64,000 nt of DNA from Polyangiaceae bacterium (GTDB taxonomy: Bacteria; Myxococcota_A; Polyangia; Polyangiales; Polyangiaceae), in assembly GCA_033763455.1 (NCBI GenBank), contig JANRKO010000019.1:137618-201617 (forward strand), in the 5' to 3' direction. Shown here piece after piece: positions 1 to 9,613 of this stretch. The position numbers and the translations under genes are program-made. Numbering within the stretch: the first letter of the stretch is position 1; every line of letters begins with the position of its first letter. The notes under the pieces are model-generated. The model did not search any database. It was not told the DNA's origin and saw only the letters and a list, made by a program, of their open reading frames with translations.

Positions 1-606
1 CTTGGCGACGTCTTCGCTGAAGCTCAGCTCTGTCTTGCCGTCGATCGTGATCTTGTTGTCGTCGTAAACGATAATCAAGTTATCCAGGCCAAGATGGCCC
101 GCGATACTGCTCGCTTCGCTCGCGACACCCTCCATGATGTCGCCGTCTGAAGCCAGGACAAACACGCGGTAATTGATGAGCTCGGAGCCCGCCGAATTCA
201 CGCGCGCGCCCGCCATCTTGCCCGCTAGCGCGAGACCCACAGCGTTACCAATCCCCTGCCCGAGCGGGCCGGTCGTGGTTTCCACGCCGGGGGTCATGAA
301 ATTCTCCGGATGCCCCGGAGTTTTCGAGCCCCACTGACGGAATTGTTTCAGATCTTCCAGACTGAGATCGTACCCGGCCAAATGCAGCACCGAATAAAGC
401 AGCATCGATGCGTGGCCGCAGGACAACACGAAGCGATCGCGATTGGGCCAGGCGGGATCTTCGGGATTGTAACGCAGGTGCTTGGTGAAGATGTCGGTGG
501 TGATACCGGCCAAGGCCATCGGAGTACCGGGATGGCCACTTCCAGCCTTCTCAACGCCGTCAACTGACAGGAACTGAATCGTGCGTACCGCTTGCTCAAA
601 ACTCAT
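1..606 (-). CDS. tkt: transketolase, N-terminal part (gene runs off window start)
   Basis: Minus-strand translation from the ATG at 606 gives [34 protein letters not shown]...[21 protein letters not shown], the canonical transketolase N-terminus with its TPP-binding motif. Confidence 0.9.
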   Translation of the reverse strand, partial: MSFEQAVRTIQFLSVDGVEKAGSGHPGTPMALAGITTDIFTKHLRYNPEDPAWPNRDRFVLSCGHASMLLYSVLHLAGYDLSLEDLKQFRQWGSKTPGHPENFMTPGVETTTGPLGQGIGNAVGLALAGKMAGARVNSAGSELINYRVFVLASDGDIMEGVASEASSIAGHLGLDNLIIVYDDNKITIDGKTELSFSEDVAK

Positions 607-688
607 AGGGTGTCTGTGGTAGCGCTACTTTGCCACGCTGAAAAGCCTAGGTGCGCGTTTCAGCACGGGGCGCGGGGGGCGCGAGGGC

Positions 689-1861
689 TCAGTTCCCCGG
701 CGGCTGTGGGGTTGTGGCCACTGGCACAGGAGCCGCTCCTGGTTTGGGAGCATACACGCGCTGGTGTTCGGCGTAGGTGCGGCTGAACGCATGTTTGCCC
801 CCGCCAACTGCAACAAAATATAGATAGTCCGTTTCTGCTGGGCTGAGAACCGCCCGAACAGCGCCGAGCCCAGGGTTGCAAATAGGGCCGGGAGGAAGCC
901 CTGGGTGGGCATAAGTATTATACGGATTCAGGCTGTCCCTCAGCATGGCTGGCGTTATCTTGCCTCCAAATCCAACACAACTTGGGATCGTGGCGCCGAG
1001 CAGCCGGCAACCGTAAGCCGCCGTGGGATCGGACTGCAAGGCCTGCCTTGGTTGAAAATTGGGGTCACTCAAGCGGTTGAGAAAAACTCCTGCTATGAGT
1101 GCACGTTCGTCTGCGCGCGCTGCTTCCTTCTCCACAATCGAGGCCAGCGTGAGGATCTCAGATACCCCCATACCAAAGTCATTTTTCAGGCGGTTGAGGC
1201 CATCGGGCTCGCTCTTAAGAACCTCGATCAGACGGCGGCGCGCTTCTTTCACCAACTGGTACAAGACCAACCGAGGGTCACTGTCTTCCCTAAAATCATA
1301 AGTGGCGGGGAACAGAAAGCCCTCGGCGCTTTTCTCCAGTCGGACCTCTTTGAGGGCTTCTGGATCGAAAGCCACCTTTACGAACGCCTCCGCGCTACAC
1401 ACATCGTTCGCTTCTAACCGCTCTGCCACTTGCCAGCTATCGAACCCCTCCACGATAGTAACTTTGCGGGATCCGCGCTGCTTCAGCCGCCCCAAGCGCC
1501 TGGTAAGATCGCGCGGCGAAAGTGCGTCGTTGAAAATGTGGGAGCCGGGTTGGATAGGAACGCCGCGGCGCACGATGTCGAGGTAGAAAGAAAACAACCA
1601 CGGAGAAGTGATGAGCTGTCGCTCAGCGAACAACTGGGCAACTTGCGTGCTCGAAGGGTTTTCTGGGATCTCCAGAATGACGCGTTTTCCCGTACCGGGG
1701 CCGGATGCGAGGGCCCAGCCAACAAAGGCGGAAACCAAGGCGCCGCCCGCCCCCAAAAGAGCCCCGAACCATAGCCATCCGCTGCGAGAAGGTCGCCGCC
1801 GCGCCCGAGCGCGCACCGAGCGCTTGGCGCGAGGCGCGGGGGTGGGTTTAGGCGAGTTCAT
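689..1861 (-). CDS. mltG: endolytic murein transglycosylase MltG (YceG family)
   Basis: 390-aa ORF with an N-terminal TM segment and YceG-like core motifs (LIAGVFLNRL, YNTYAHPGLPPGPICNPG). Confidence 0.8.
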   Translation of the reverse strand: MNSPKPTPAPRAKRSVRARARRRPSRSGWLWFGALLGAGGALVSAFVGWALASGPGTGKRVILEIPENPSSTQVAQLFAERQLITSPWLFSFYLDIVRRGVPIQPGSHIFNDALSPRDLTRRLGRLKQRGSRKVTIVEGFDSWQVAERLEANDVCSAEAFVKVAFDPEALKEVRLEKSAEGFLFPATYDFREDSDPRLVLYQLVKEARRRLIEVLKSEPDGLNRLKNDFGMGVSEILTLASIVEKEAARADERALIAGVFLNRLSDPNFQPRQALQSDPTAAYGCRLLGATIPSCVGFGGKITPAMLRDSLNPYNTYAHPGLPPGPICNPGLGAVRAVLSPAETDYLYFVAVGGGKHAFSRTYAEHQRVYAPKPGAAPVPVATTPQPPGN

Positions 1862-2276
1862 CAGCGGGTCTTCGTGAATCTAGCCAACCTTGAAGCAGAA
1901 CTGCGGCCGCCGCGCTATCGATGCGGACACGCGATTGCCGGGTGTCGAGGCCTTGCTCGTGCAGGTGCCGTTGGGCCTGGCGCGTCGTGAGGCGCTCGTC
2001 CAGCAGCTCCACGGCTATGCCTGTGAGAGCGTGGAGCTCCGCCGCAAAAACGCGTGCACGCCTCGCTGGGGGCCCTTCGCGTCCATTCAGGTTGCTGGGG
2101 AGCCCAACGACGAACAGGGTGATCTGCTCCTCCTTGGCGAAGCGGGCGAGCGCCCGAAGCAGGCCCGGCCGATTGGCACCTGAAAGTGCTGGGCGGGGAT
2201 GCGCCATCAGGCCGAGCTCATCGGCTACCGCGAGGCCCACTCGCACTGTTCCAAGGTCGATCCCGGCCGCTCGCAT
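1848..2276 (-). CDS. ruvX: Holliday-junction resolvase-like RuvX/YqgF
   Basis: Internal start MRAAGIDLGTVRVGLAVADE... (142 aa) is typical of YqgF. The 294-aa ORF reaching 2732 is an upstream extension that overlaps the next gene. The stop overlaps the mltG start. Confidence 0.7.
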   Translation of the reverse strand: MRAAGIDLGTVRVGLAVADELGLMAHPRPALSGANRPGLLRALARFAKEEQITLFVVGLPSNLNGREGPPARRARVFAAELHALTGIAVELLDERLTTRQAQRHLHEQGLDTRQSRVRIDSAAAAVLLQGWLDSRRPADELA

Positions 2277-2394
2277 TTGGCCCTGCGTCGTATCACGGAC
2301 CATCGGGAGGTTTGGCACCCAATCTGTAAAGCTTTGCACCCCGGCTTGACCGCGACGAACGGTTACGAGCATAAGCCGGGCAGGCGCGTTCAGA

Positions 2395-4143
2395 GTGAGC
2401 ACACACAACCTCAGAAATTTCCTGCGAACGGGTCTGCTTTTCACAGCGTTCTCGCTACTGGCGGGCTCTGTTTCGGCACAGGGAGGCGGGTTTGGCCCTG
2501 GCGGCTTTGGCCCCGGCCAGCCACCGGAGCCCGCGCGCCCCTCCAAGAAGGCGCCCGCAAAGGTCGATCCTAACGTCCCCGAGACGCACGCCGCCTCGGG
2601 TGCCAGCGATGCACCGCTCGGCACGGGGGCCGAACCTTCATTGCCCGAGCAACCCCTGGAGGTCCCTAAAGCCCTAGCGGCGCGCATCGGTTCAGATCTC
2701 GATCTCGACGATCTCGAACAAGGGCGCGCCACAACGACGGACCGTAATTTTTATGGACTGTATTACGCCGAGCAGAGCGGAGCCTATTCGCTGAAGCTCG
2801 CCTTCCCCGTTTGGATGGAGCGCAAGCAGCCCTCGCGCACACTGGCTAAAGTGGAAGATCGAGCGTCGGTATTCGGCGGCGTGTATTACAATCGGCGCAG
2901 CCACGAGCACGCCGATGACGTGCTTTTTCCCCTCTTTTGGAATCTGCGAAATCCGGCCGAAGGCGAGCGCACCACCATTGTTGGGCCCTTCGTGAATCGC
3001 CGTACGCGGACCGAGAGCGATGATTGGTTGGCGCCCCTCTATTTCACCGGCCAGCGCAAAACCGGCCACTATACGTTAATTCCGCCGCTCCTCACGTACA
3101 CTTCCACCAACGCCCAAGGCGGCTTTAACTTGGTGGGGCCGCTCTTCTGCTCGTGGAAAGGTGGCAAGCATTGCGACACGCGCACGGCGCAAGATATCGA
3201 CATGGGCGTGGCCCCATTCTACTTCTACGGCCAGAACGATCGCTCCCAATACGAGCTCATCCCGCCGCTCCTGCATTACTACGGCTACAACGATCGCACC
3301 GGCGATTGGACGAACGTGTGGGGCCCTTACTATCGCGCCCACACCGAAACACGCGAGCTTTTCCACCTATTGCCCATTTATTGGAGCATCACCGGCAAAG
3401 ATGAACGGCACACCACCGTGCTCCCGTTCTTTCACTACGGAACCAAGGGAAAATCATCGCTCTTCGTGAACCCGCTGTTTCTCACGAGCCACGGTGAAAA
3501 CGGCGAGAACCTCTTCGCCACCTGGGGCTACGCTCGTTACCGCGGCCGCACGGAGCTCGATATGATAACGCCTCTTTATTGGGATTATCGAGATCCAGAT
3601 ACCCACTTTAGCCAGAAGCTATTGTTCCCGTTTTTCCTGTCTCGACAGGGCCCACGTGAATCCACGACAGTGCTCTTTCCGTTCTTTGGCAAGAGCGAGC
3701 GCTTCGGCATCAGCAACCAAACCTGGATCACACCGTTCTTTCAGCACACTACGGATTTGCGCGGCTGGAGCACGAATCTTCACCCGATCTTCTACGCGGG
3801 GCGAAACGGCAACGATTCACACCTTGTGATCGCGCCTTTCCTCTGGGATTTCGCTTCTCCTGAGTCGCGCTCTACCGTCGGCTTCCCCTTCTTCTGGCGC
3901 TTCACTGACCGCAAGGAGACCTCGCAGCTGGTCGGTAACGTCTATTATCACGAGAAGTACACAAGCGCAGGTTCGGACTGGCAGATCCATGTGTTCCCTG
4001 CTTTCTCGTACGGCGAGAGCCCCGACGGGCACTTCTGGAATATTTTGTACGGGCTGGCCGGCTACACGCGCGAAGGCCGTCGCACCGAAATGCGGACGCT
4101 CTGGATCCCGATCCCTTTGAGTTCAGGCCTGAAGCAGCAATAA
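2395..4143 (+). CDS. secreted repeat protein (signal peptide; ~20 degenerate ~21-aa aromatic repeats)
   Basis: GTG start. N-terminal signal LLFTAFSLLAGSVSAQ. Periodic motifs PLFWN / PLYFTG / LIPPLLTY / LPFFHYG / FPFFWRF. No recognisable catalytic motif. Confidence 0.6.
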   Translation: MSTHNLRNFLRTGLLFTAFSLLAGSVSAQGGGFGPGGFGPGQPPEPARPSKKAPAKVDPNVPETHAASGASDAPLGTGAEPSLPEQPLEVPKALAARIGSDLDLDDLEQGRATTTDRNFYGLYYAEQSGAYSLKLAFPVWMERKQPSRTLAKVEDRASVFGGVYYNRRSHEHADDVLFPLFWNLRNPAEGERTTIVGPFVNRRTRTESDDWLAPLYFTGQRKTGHYTLIPPLLTYTSTNAQGGFNLVGPLFCSWKGGKHCDTRTAQDIDMGVAPFYFYGQNDRSQYELIPPLLHYYGYNDRTGDWTNVWGPYYRAHTETRELFHLLPIYWSITGKDERHTTVLPFFHYGTKGKSSLFVNPLFLTSHGENGENLFATWGYARYRGRTELDMITPLYWDYRDPDTHFSQKLLFPFFLSRQGPRESTTVLFPFFGKSERFGISNQTWITPFFQHTTDLRGWSTNLHPIFYAGRNGNDSHLVIAPFLWDFASPESRSTVGFPFFWRFTDRKETSQLVGNVYYHEKYTSAGSDWQIHVFPAFSYGESPDGHFWNILYGLAGYTREGRRTEMRTLWIPIPLSSGLKQQ

Positions 4144-4183
4144 CGCGTCGCTTTGGCCCGGCGAAGCGAAGGATGTTACGCTT

Positions 4184-5239
4184 TTGGGCGTGACCAAACA
4201 TCAAGTTGTTGTGATGGGGGCTTCAGGGTTTGCTGGGGCGGAGCTGCTGCGGCGCTTGCTCTCACATCCGCATTTCGAAATCCTAAGAGTTTGCGCGACG
4301 GATCACGTGGGAATGCCCGTCAGTTCGGCGCACCCACATCTGGAGGGATTGAGTGAGCTTCGGTTCGAAAATCCACCCATCGAAAGCGCGATTGCCGGCG
4401 CCGACGTAGTCTTAATGGGCCTGCCGCACGACGTGAGCGTGAAGCTGGTGCGGGCGGTGCAAGATCCTAAGGTTCGGATTTTAGATCTCTCGGGTGCCTT
4501 TCGTTTGCGCGACCTCGTGCATTATCAACGGTTCTATGGCGAGGCCCACCCTGCCCCCGAGCTTCTGCCAGATTTCGTTTACGGCTTGCCTGAGCTCAAT
4601 CGCGACAAGATCCGCGGCGCTTCGCGACTGGCCTCACCAGGATGCTTCGCTACGACCATTCAGCTGAGCCTGCTTCCGTTAGCCAAGGCGGGCTGGCTTT
4701 CGGGCACTGTCTCGACGGTGGCGGCCACGGGCTCAAGCGGAAGTGGAGCGAATGCCTCACCCGGTACGCATCACCCGGTGCGCGCGCAAAACCTTAAAAC
4801 CTATCGACCCCTTCTGCACCAACACGCTCCCGAAATTGTGCGAACGCTGACGGACGCCGGAGCGCGCGATCTTTCCCTGGATTTTGTGCCCATTTCGGCG
4901 CCCCTCACGCGTGGCATTTTTGCCACTTCACTCGTCGATATACCCGGCAAAATAACGGAAGAAGAGCTCACCCGCTGCTACGCAGAAGCCTTCAGCGGCG
5001 AGCCTTTTGTGCGGATCCCGAAGCAACGCTTGCCTGAAGTGGTGGCGGTGAGCCACTCCAATTATGCGGAGGTGGGGTTCACCTGGGGGGAGCTGCGCGG
5101 CAATCTTCGACGGATTGCAGTCTTTGGGGCGCTTGATAACCTCATCAAGGGCGGAGCGGGCCAGGCAATTCAGAATCTTAATTTGATGTTTGGGTTGGAT
5201 GAAAGACTCACCTTGATGGATCCCGGCGGCTACCCGTAA
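4184..5239 (+). CDS. argC: N-acetyl-gamma-glutamyl-phosphate reductase
   Basis: NAD-binding VVVMGASGFAGAELLRRL and ArgC-like C-terminus; TTG or GTG start. Confidence 0.8.
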   Translation: MGVTKHQVVVMGASGFAGAELLRRLLSHPHFEILRVCATDHVGMPVSSAHPHLEGLSELRFENPPIESAIAGADVVLMGLPHDVSVKLVRAVQDPKVRILDLSGAFRLRDLVHYQRFYGEAHPAPELLPDFVYGLPELNRDKIRGASRLASPGCFATTIQLSLLPLAKAGWLSGTVSTVAATGSSGSGANASPGTHHPVRAQNLKTYRPLLHQHAPEIVRTLTDAGARDLSLDFVPISAPLTRGIFATSLVDIPGKITEEELTRCYAEAFSGEPFVRIPKQRLPEVVAVSHSNYAEVGFTWGELRGNLRRIAVFGALDNLIKGGAGQAIQNLNLMFGLDERLTLMDPGGYP

Positions 5240-5333
5240 GCTCCCGCGTTCGCACACACACACAGCCCCGACCGTCTGCTCACTTATGTCGTTCGCCGCG
5301 AGCACCCCCGGCTGGCCGGCGGCGCAGCCACGG

Positions 5334-5378
5334 GTTGAACTCGCTGGGTGTTGGGTACACCGGAGAGCGAGTTCAAAC
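5334..5378. terminator. long imperfect hairpin downstream of argC (terminator-like / REP-like)
   Basis: GTTGAACTCGCT...AGCGAGTTCAA arms (11-12 bp) enclose an inner GGTGT/ACACC stem. No T-run follows. Confidence 0.35.
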
Positions 5379-5550
5379 ATAGTAACTTGTTACGTGTTCT
5401 CACTTTGTGCTTGACGACTAACTAAAGGGGTGCTGGGGTAGGCCGCTGAAAGGAGAGGGCGGGATGCCCTCGGCGGCTAACGTCATTGTTGCTTGGGGAG
5501 GGCCTGAGCAGGGTGGGGCTAGACACGTAATTAAATCAGGAAGAAAATCA

Positions 5551-7473
5551 ATGAAGAAGTCACATTTGCACATATTGACGGCGGGCTCCGCCACATTCGG
5601 CCTATTTCTCTCCGCTTGCTCAGCCGATCCTGCGCCAAACGAGGTCGTTGCTACTCAGAGCGCCCAGCTCAATGTGAAGATAGGCCCCGTGGTCCCCGAT
5701 GACGCCACTGAGTTCTCCGCTGAGGTAAGTGTCGGCGCCGACGGAAATATCGAGAGCCGAAAGGTAACGCTCGAGGGTGACGTAACGTTGGTTCCCTTCG
5801 ACGCGAGGACTTTACCAGCGAAGGCGGCCGAGCCGGTAGTTAAGCCCCCAAAGATCCACCCAAGCCTTGCAGCCAAGTTGCGCCCCGCGGACCCCGCAGC
5901 CTACACGGACGTGATAATCTCTGTTTCCCACAACGCGCCGTTTCCGCGCCTCACGCGGGTGCTTCGCACCGAATCCCGCACGTCCGCTGAGAACTTGCGG
6001 CGTTTTGCGATGCGTGACGCCGAAACTGTCGCCGTGGAACGCCTGCGCAAGCCATTTCGCGACGCGGTGGCCCAGCGTGCCCGAGAGCTGGGGGCTACGG
6101 TCACCGAGGAGTACACGATGGGAAATGGCATGGCGATGCGCATCCCTGACTCTGCCGTGGCAACGCTGGCCACGGTTCCGAACGTTCTAAATATCAGTTT
6201 GCAGCACGACGGCACGCCTCCGCCCGCTACGATTTCAGATGGCACGAGCTTGGCCACGGGGATGAACTCCGATTACTGGCGGACATGGATGGCTGGGAAT
6301 ACTGCCTCCCTCTCCGCGGCGCTCCTTGATAGCGGTGTGCGGAGCTCCCACACGGTCTTTAATTCACCTGATGGAGGTCGCCTCGGAAGGGCGTACGACT
6401 GCTATATTGGGAACGGGGTGTGCGACAACGACCCCCCGAATCCTCTATACCATACGCAGGGGTACTACAATGGTCACGGAACCGCCGCCGCTAGCATCAT
6501 ATTGGGCGGGAAGTCGTCCCAACTATCCTTCGGTCTCCCGTTTAGAGGCGTTAGCAAGGTGGACCTTGAATACTACAACATCTACAACTTCTTTGGCCTC
6601 CTGGAGGCCGGCGCCGTTCCAAAAGCATTCATGCGAGCTCAGATGAACGCCGTGGACATCGTGATTGCAGAGGTCCAGGCGCTCCAGCCCTTCGACGGCC
6701 TGATTTCGAGGGCGGCTGACGACGCGTTCGACCAGGGTATCATGGTGATTGCCGCCTGCGGCAACCGTGGCTCAGTTCAAGAACCCGCGGCGCCTGGCAA
6801 CGCTCACAAGGCCCTCTCCATCGGGGACTACAATGCCCTCACCGGCGTGACCGCATACCAGAAATCAGGACTAACGGCGGACTATCGGATAAAGCCCGAC
6901 CTCCAAGCACCCACGAAAGTGGATACCGCCTGGAACGGATCTGACACGGCCATGTATGCCGGCTTCGACGGCACCAGTGGGGCGACCGCTTTTGCAGGTG
7001 GAGCAGCCGCAATCATGTACCACTGGTACAACCATGCCTTCGGCCTGTCGAATCGTCCTGGCAATGTCTATAGTGCGCTCCTCGCGCAGGGCGATAGCGG
7101 TACACTCGGATGGGATAACGGAGTGGGGAGGCTGAAATTGGTGAGTGCTTCACAATGGTTTACAGGAACCAGAACGGTGAGCAGCTCCGCTGCGATGGAT
7201 GTCCCCTTCAGCATACCGGCGAACCGCAAGGACTTGAAGCTAGCCTTGTGGTGGCCAGAAAATGTGGCCGATGGCCACAACGACATCGACCTTTATGTTT
7301 ACAACCCGAGTGGCACTCTTATCTTGCAGAGCACATTGGGAGGAAGCGTTTGGGAGCACGCGATATTGAATGGCAACCTGGCGGCAGGGACCTACAATAT
7401 GCGCTTGCTCCCTTACTCTATGAAGCGCTCGACGCAGCTTGTTTACTATACTATTGTGGTAAGGCAGATCTGA
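5551..7473 (+). CDS. S8 family serine peptidase (subtilase) lipoprotein with its own I9-like propeptide
   Basis: Lipobox LFLSAC. Asp/His/Ser triad motifs (DSGV..., HGTAAAS, GTSGATAFAGG). The pro-region ends LATVPNVLNISLQHDG. The long ORF starts at 5464; the lipoprotein start at the ATG near 5551 is preferred. Confidence 0.8.
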   Translation: MKKSHLHILTAGSATFGLFLSACSADPAPNEVVATQSAQLNVKIGPVVPDDATEFSAEVSVGADGNIESRKVTLEGDVTLVPFDARTLPAKAAEPVVKPPKIHPSLAAKLRPADPAAYTDVIISVSHNAPFPRLTRVLRTESRTSAENLRRFAMRDAETVAVERLRKPFRDAVAQRARELGATVTEEYTMGNGMAMRIPDSAVATLATVPNVLNISLQHDGTPPPATISDGTSLATGMNSDYWRTWMAGNTASLSAALLDSGVRSSHTVFNSPDGGRLGRAYDCYIGNGVCDNDPPNPLYHTQGYYNGHGTAAASIILGGKSSQLSFGLPFRGVSKVDLEYYNIYNFFGLLEAGAVPKAFMRAQMNAVDIVIAEVQALQPFDGLISRAADDAFDQGIMVIAACGNRGSVQEPAAPGNAHKALSIGDYNALTGVTAYQKSGLTADYRIKPDLQAPTKVDTAWNGSDTAMYAGFDGTSGATAFAGGAAAIMYHWYNHAFGLSNRPGNVYSALLAQGDSGTLGWDNGVGRLKLVSASQWFTGTRTVSSSAAMDVPFSIPANRKDLKLALWWPENVADGHNDIDLYVYNPSGTLILQSTLGGSVWEHAILNGNLAAGTYNMRLLPYSMKRSTQLVYYTIVVRQI

Positions 7474-7499
7474 GCGACGGCGGCCTGAGGGCACATGCC

Positions 7500-9029
7500 A
7501 TGAGAAAATCATCGGGACCTCACACAGCTTTTGCCACCCGCACCGCGCATGGCGGCCTCCGTAGTGTCCTCATACTCATCCTGATACTCATCCTGCCGGC
7601 GGTGGTGCTCGTCAGCTGCGGTCGCGCTAACGATGTTCCTCAGATGAGTGGCAGCGGCAGCCCGGTTTCCAACGGACCCCCCGTTGCCGATCTCGTGATC
7701 GACCCTGACACCTGCCCGGCCGAGGCCCCCGAGCTCAGCGAAGCGAAGCTATCCATCTCATTCGAGGCGTACCTGCGCACGCACCCTGATCTCACTCATT
7801 CGATCGCCGTGAAGCTTCGAGAGCCTCGCTTCACCCCCCCTCCCTGCGACGGCGATACCAGTGACACGGTGCGCTGCGCCGCGCGGGATGAAGCCTTGCT
7901 GCAGCGTCAGGTTCTCAACCAAAAAGCCTTGGAATGTGTTTTCGAATCTTTTGGCCCTCCGGGATCCTTAAAGCAGCCATTGGCGCTGTGGTACGAGGCA
8001 CCTCGAAAGTTAGAGAGTGGTCTACCCGTGCCCATCGGAGTTGCATTTTCGGCTTTGGCGTCCTGGTCACAAGTTGAGGTGGTGGCGAGACACCCTTACG
8101 TAGAACGCATTGAGCCCGCCTTTCGGACAGCAGCGGAGTTTCAGGTTGAAGCTCCCAAGATCCCGCTAGAGTGCCCAGCTGCAGTTGAGGCCTCGGCCGC
8201 GAAGCTCACAGAGGCAAGGTCAATTCAAGGTCAGGGTCGTCGCCCTGTCGTAGTGGAGCTAAAGTTGGAGCTCCTGCCTGAGCTGCAGCTCTGCGGATCG
8301 GAGGCTCTTTGCGACGCTGCGCTCAGCTCCGGCTACGAGCTTACGATCCTTGGCCGGCGCATGCTTACCTGCGTTCAAACATTCATCGATTCGAAGCTTC
8401 AAGCGCCAGCCTCGCGCGTAGCCTATGATGGAGCTACGGGCAATCCGATGGTCAGCATGCCACCATTTGGGGACCCTGTGCATGCCGTGACAGCCTTCGG
8501 TTTGGCACTGACCTGGGAAGAAGTGCAGGAAATCGCCAAACACCCCTTCATCCATAAGATTTGGACGAGCGATGGCATCCAAGTAGATGCACCCCCTGAG
8601 GGGTGCCCACCGAAGTATGACGAGCCAGTTGCCCTGCCCGTCTGCCCCGCTACGACTGAGTCCGTTAGCGGGAAATTTAGGCCGGAGGAAGAAGCGCTCT
8701 GGAAGGCCACACCGGGCCCGCACGAGGTGATGATTTCCGTTGCACGGAGCGCACCGGTATGCCCACGCCCCGACTGCCCAGGCTCTGGCATACTTTCCTG
8801 CCCTGAGTACATACAGTATAGTGATCGACTCGACGCAGAGACGGTTGCTTCGCAAACCTGCGTGCGCGCGCTACTCGAAATGATTGGCGGGGAGGAGCGG
8901 GTTGGCGTGTTTCCGCGGAGTACCCCGGGCATTCTTGCCCTGCTGACCTGGGCTCAAATTCAGGCAGTCGCGGCTCATCCACATGTCCTGGGTATCAGTT
9001 CCACGAAACTGGGAACGCCACCGCCCTGA
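7500..9029 (+). CDS. lipoprotein with three inhibitor-I9 (subtilisin propeptide)-like repeats
   Basis: Signal plus lipobox VLVSCG. Three modules end ARHPYVERIEPAF, AKHPFIHKIWTSDG and AAHPHVLGISSTK, resembling the P-V-x-Y-V-E-x-D tail of S8 propeptides. The 7155 start is rejected because it overlaps the peptidase gene. Confidence 0.55.
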   Translation: MRKSSGPHTAFATRTAHGGLRSVLILILILILPAVVLVSCGRANDVPQMSGSGSPVSNGPPVADLVIDPDTCPAEAPELSEAKLSISFEAYLRTHPDLTHSIAVKLREPRFTPPPCDGDTSDTVRCAARDEALLQRQVLNQKALECVFESFGPPGSLKQPLALWYEAPRKLESGLPVPIGVAFSALASWSQVEVVARHPYVERIEPAFRTAAEFQVEAPKIPLECPAAVEASAAKLTEARSIQGQGRRPVVVELKLELLPELQLCGSEALCDAALSSGYELTILGRRMLTCVQTFIDSKLQAPASRVAYDGATGNPMVSMPPFGDPVHAVTAFGLALTWEEVQEIAKHPFIHKIWTSDGIQVDAPPEGCPPKYDEPVALPVCPATTESVSGKFRPEEEALWKATPGPHEVMISVARSAPVCPRPDCPGSGILSCPEYIQYSDRLDAETVASQTCVRALLEMIGGEERVGVFPRSTPGILALLTWAQIQAVAAHPHVLGISSTKLGTPPP

Positions 9030-9613
9030 GGGCCGCGTTCGAGCGACCCGACGCAGGATCGTCCCGACACACTTCGCAGGTCGACGAAAGGGGGGCCTTC
9101 GCTCGTATCACCACGCAGCTCTAGATTAACCCGTTCACGAAAGGCGTACCTTCCAACATTGCTCAGCGGAAGGCGGTGTGATAGCAGGTAGGACAGCTGA
9201 TTAAGCACAAGCGCTCTGAAACGGGAGAATCCCCTCCGGTCGCGGTCTGTCTGGCATCGTCTTAGATTAACTACTGGCAAACTTCTGCTATTCCGGTAAT
9301 CCCCAATGGGGCTCGTTTTTTGGATTGGACATCCGTAGTAGTCGCCGCCACTTCCAACTTGTTTTCCCGAATTCCAAAAACGAGCTGCTGCCCCGGCTTT
9401 TCAGGTCGCAACCCCTCCGTTGCAGCGCGGAGCTGCCGCTTCATGCGGCAGCCGGGGTGGGCATCCAACCAATTCGGTGACGCCCTCTTCCAACAACTAG
9501 GATGGAGCAATTTCGATCGCTTACACACCAGGGGCGTTATCACCGGATCAGAGTGTACGGATGCGTTCCGGTGCTTTGCGATCCCGGCGGTTACCGGTAA
9601 GCTCCCCGCTCGT

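Noticed and set aside
1848-2732. 294-aa minus-strand ORF extending ruvX upstream to 2732.
   Set aside because: The extension is Arg/Ser-rich low-complexity and overlaps the 2395.. plus-strand gene. The conserved YqgF core starts at the internal MRAAGIDLG.
7155-7499. Upstream extension of the 7500..9029 gene, starting at 7155.
   Set aside because: It overlaps the 3' end of the S8 peptidase gene by over 300 nt. A strong lipoprotein signal begins at the internal ATG at 7500.
9119-9271. Motif TAGATTAAC occurring twice in the 9030-9320 intergenic region, plus a weak CCCC-AAT-GGGG hairpin with a T6 run at 9300-9323.
   Set aside because: Only two short copies. The hairpin is weak (4-bp stem, 4-nt gap before the T-run), so support is insufficient for a regulatory site or terminator.
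9320-9613. 98-aa N-terminal extension of the DUF4336-like ORF.
   Set aside because: Cys/Ser-rich and non-protein-like; an internal ATG with conserved-looking sequence follows.
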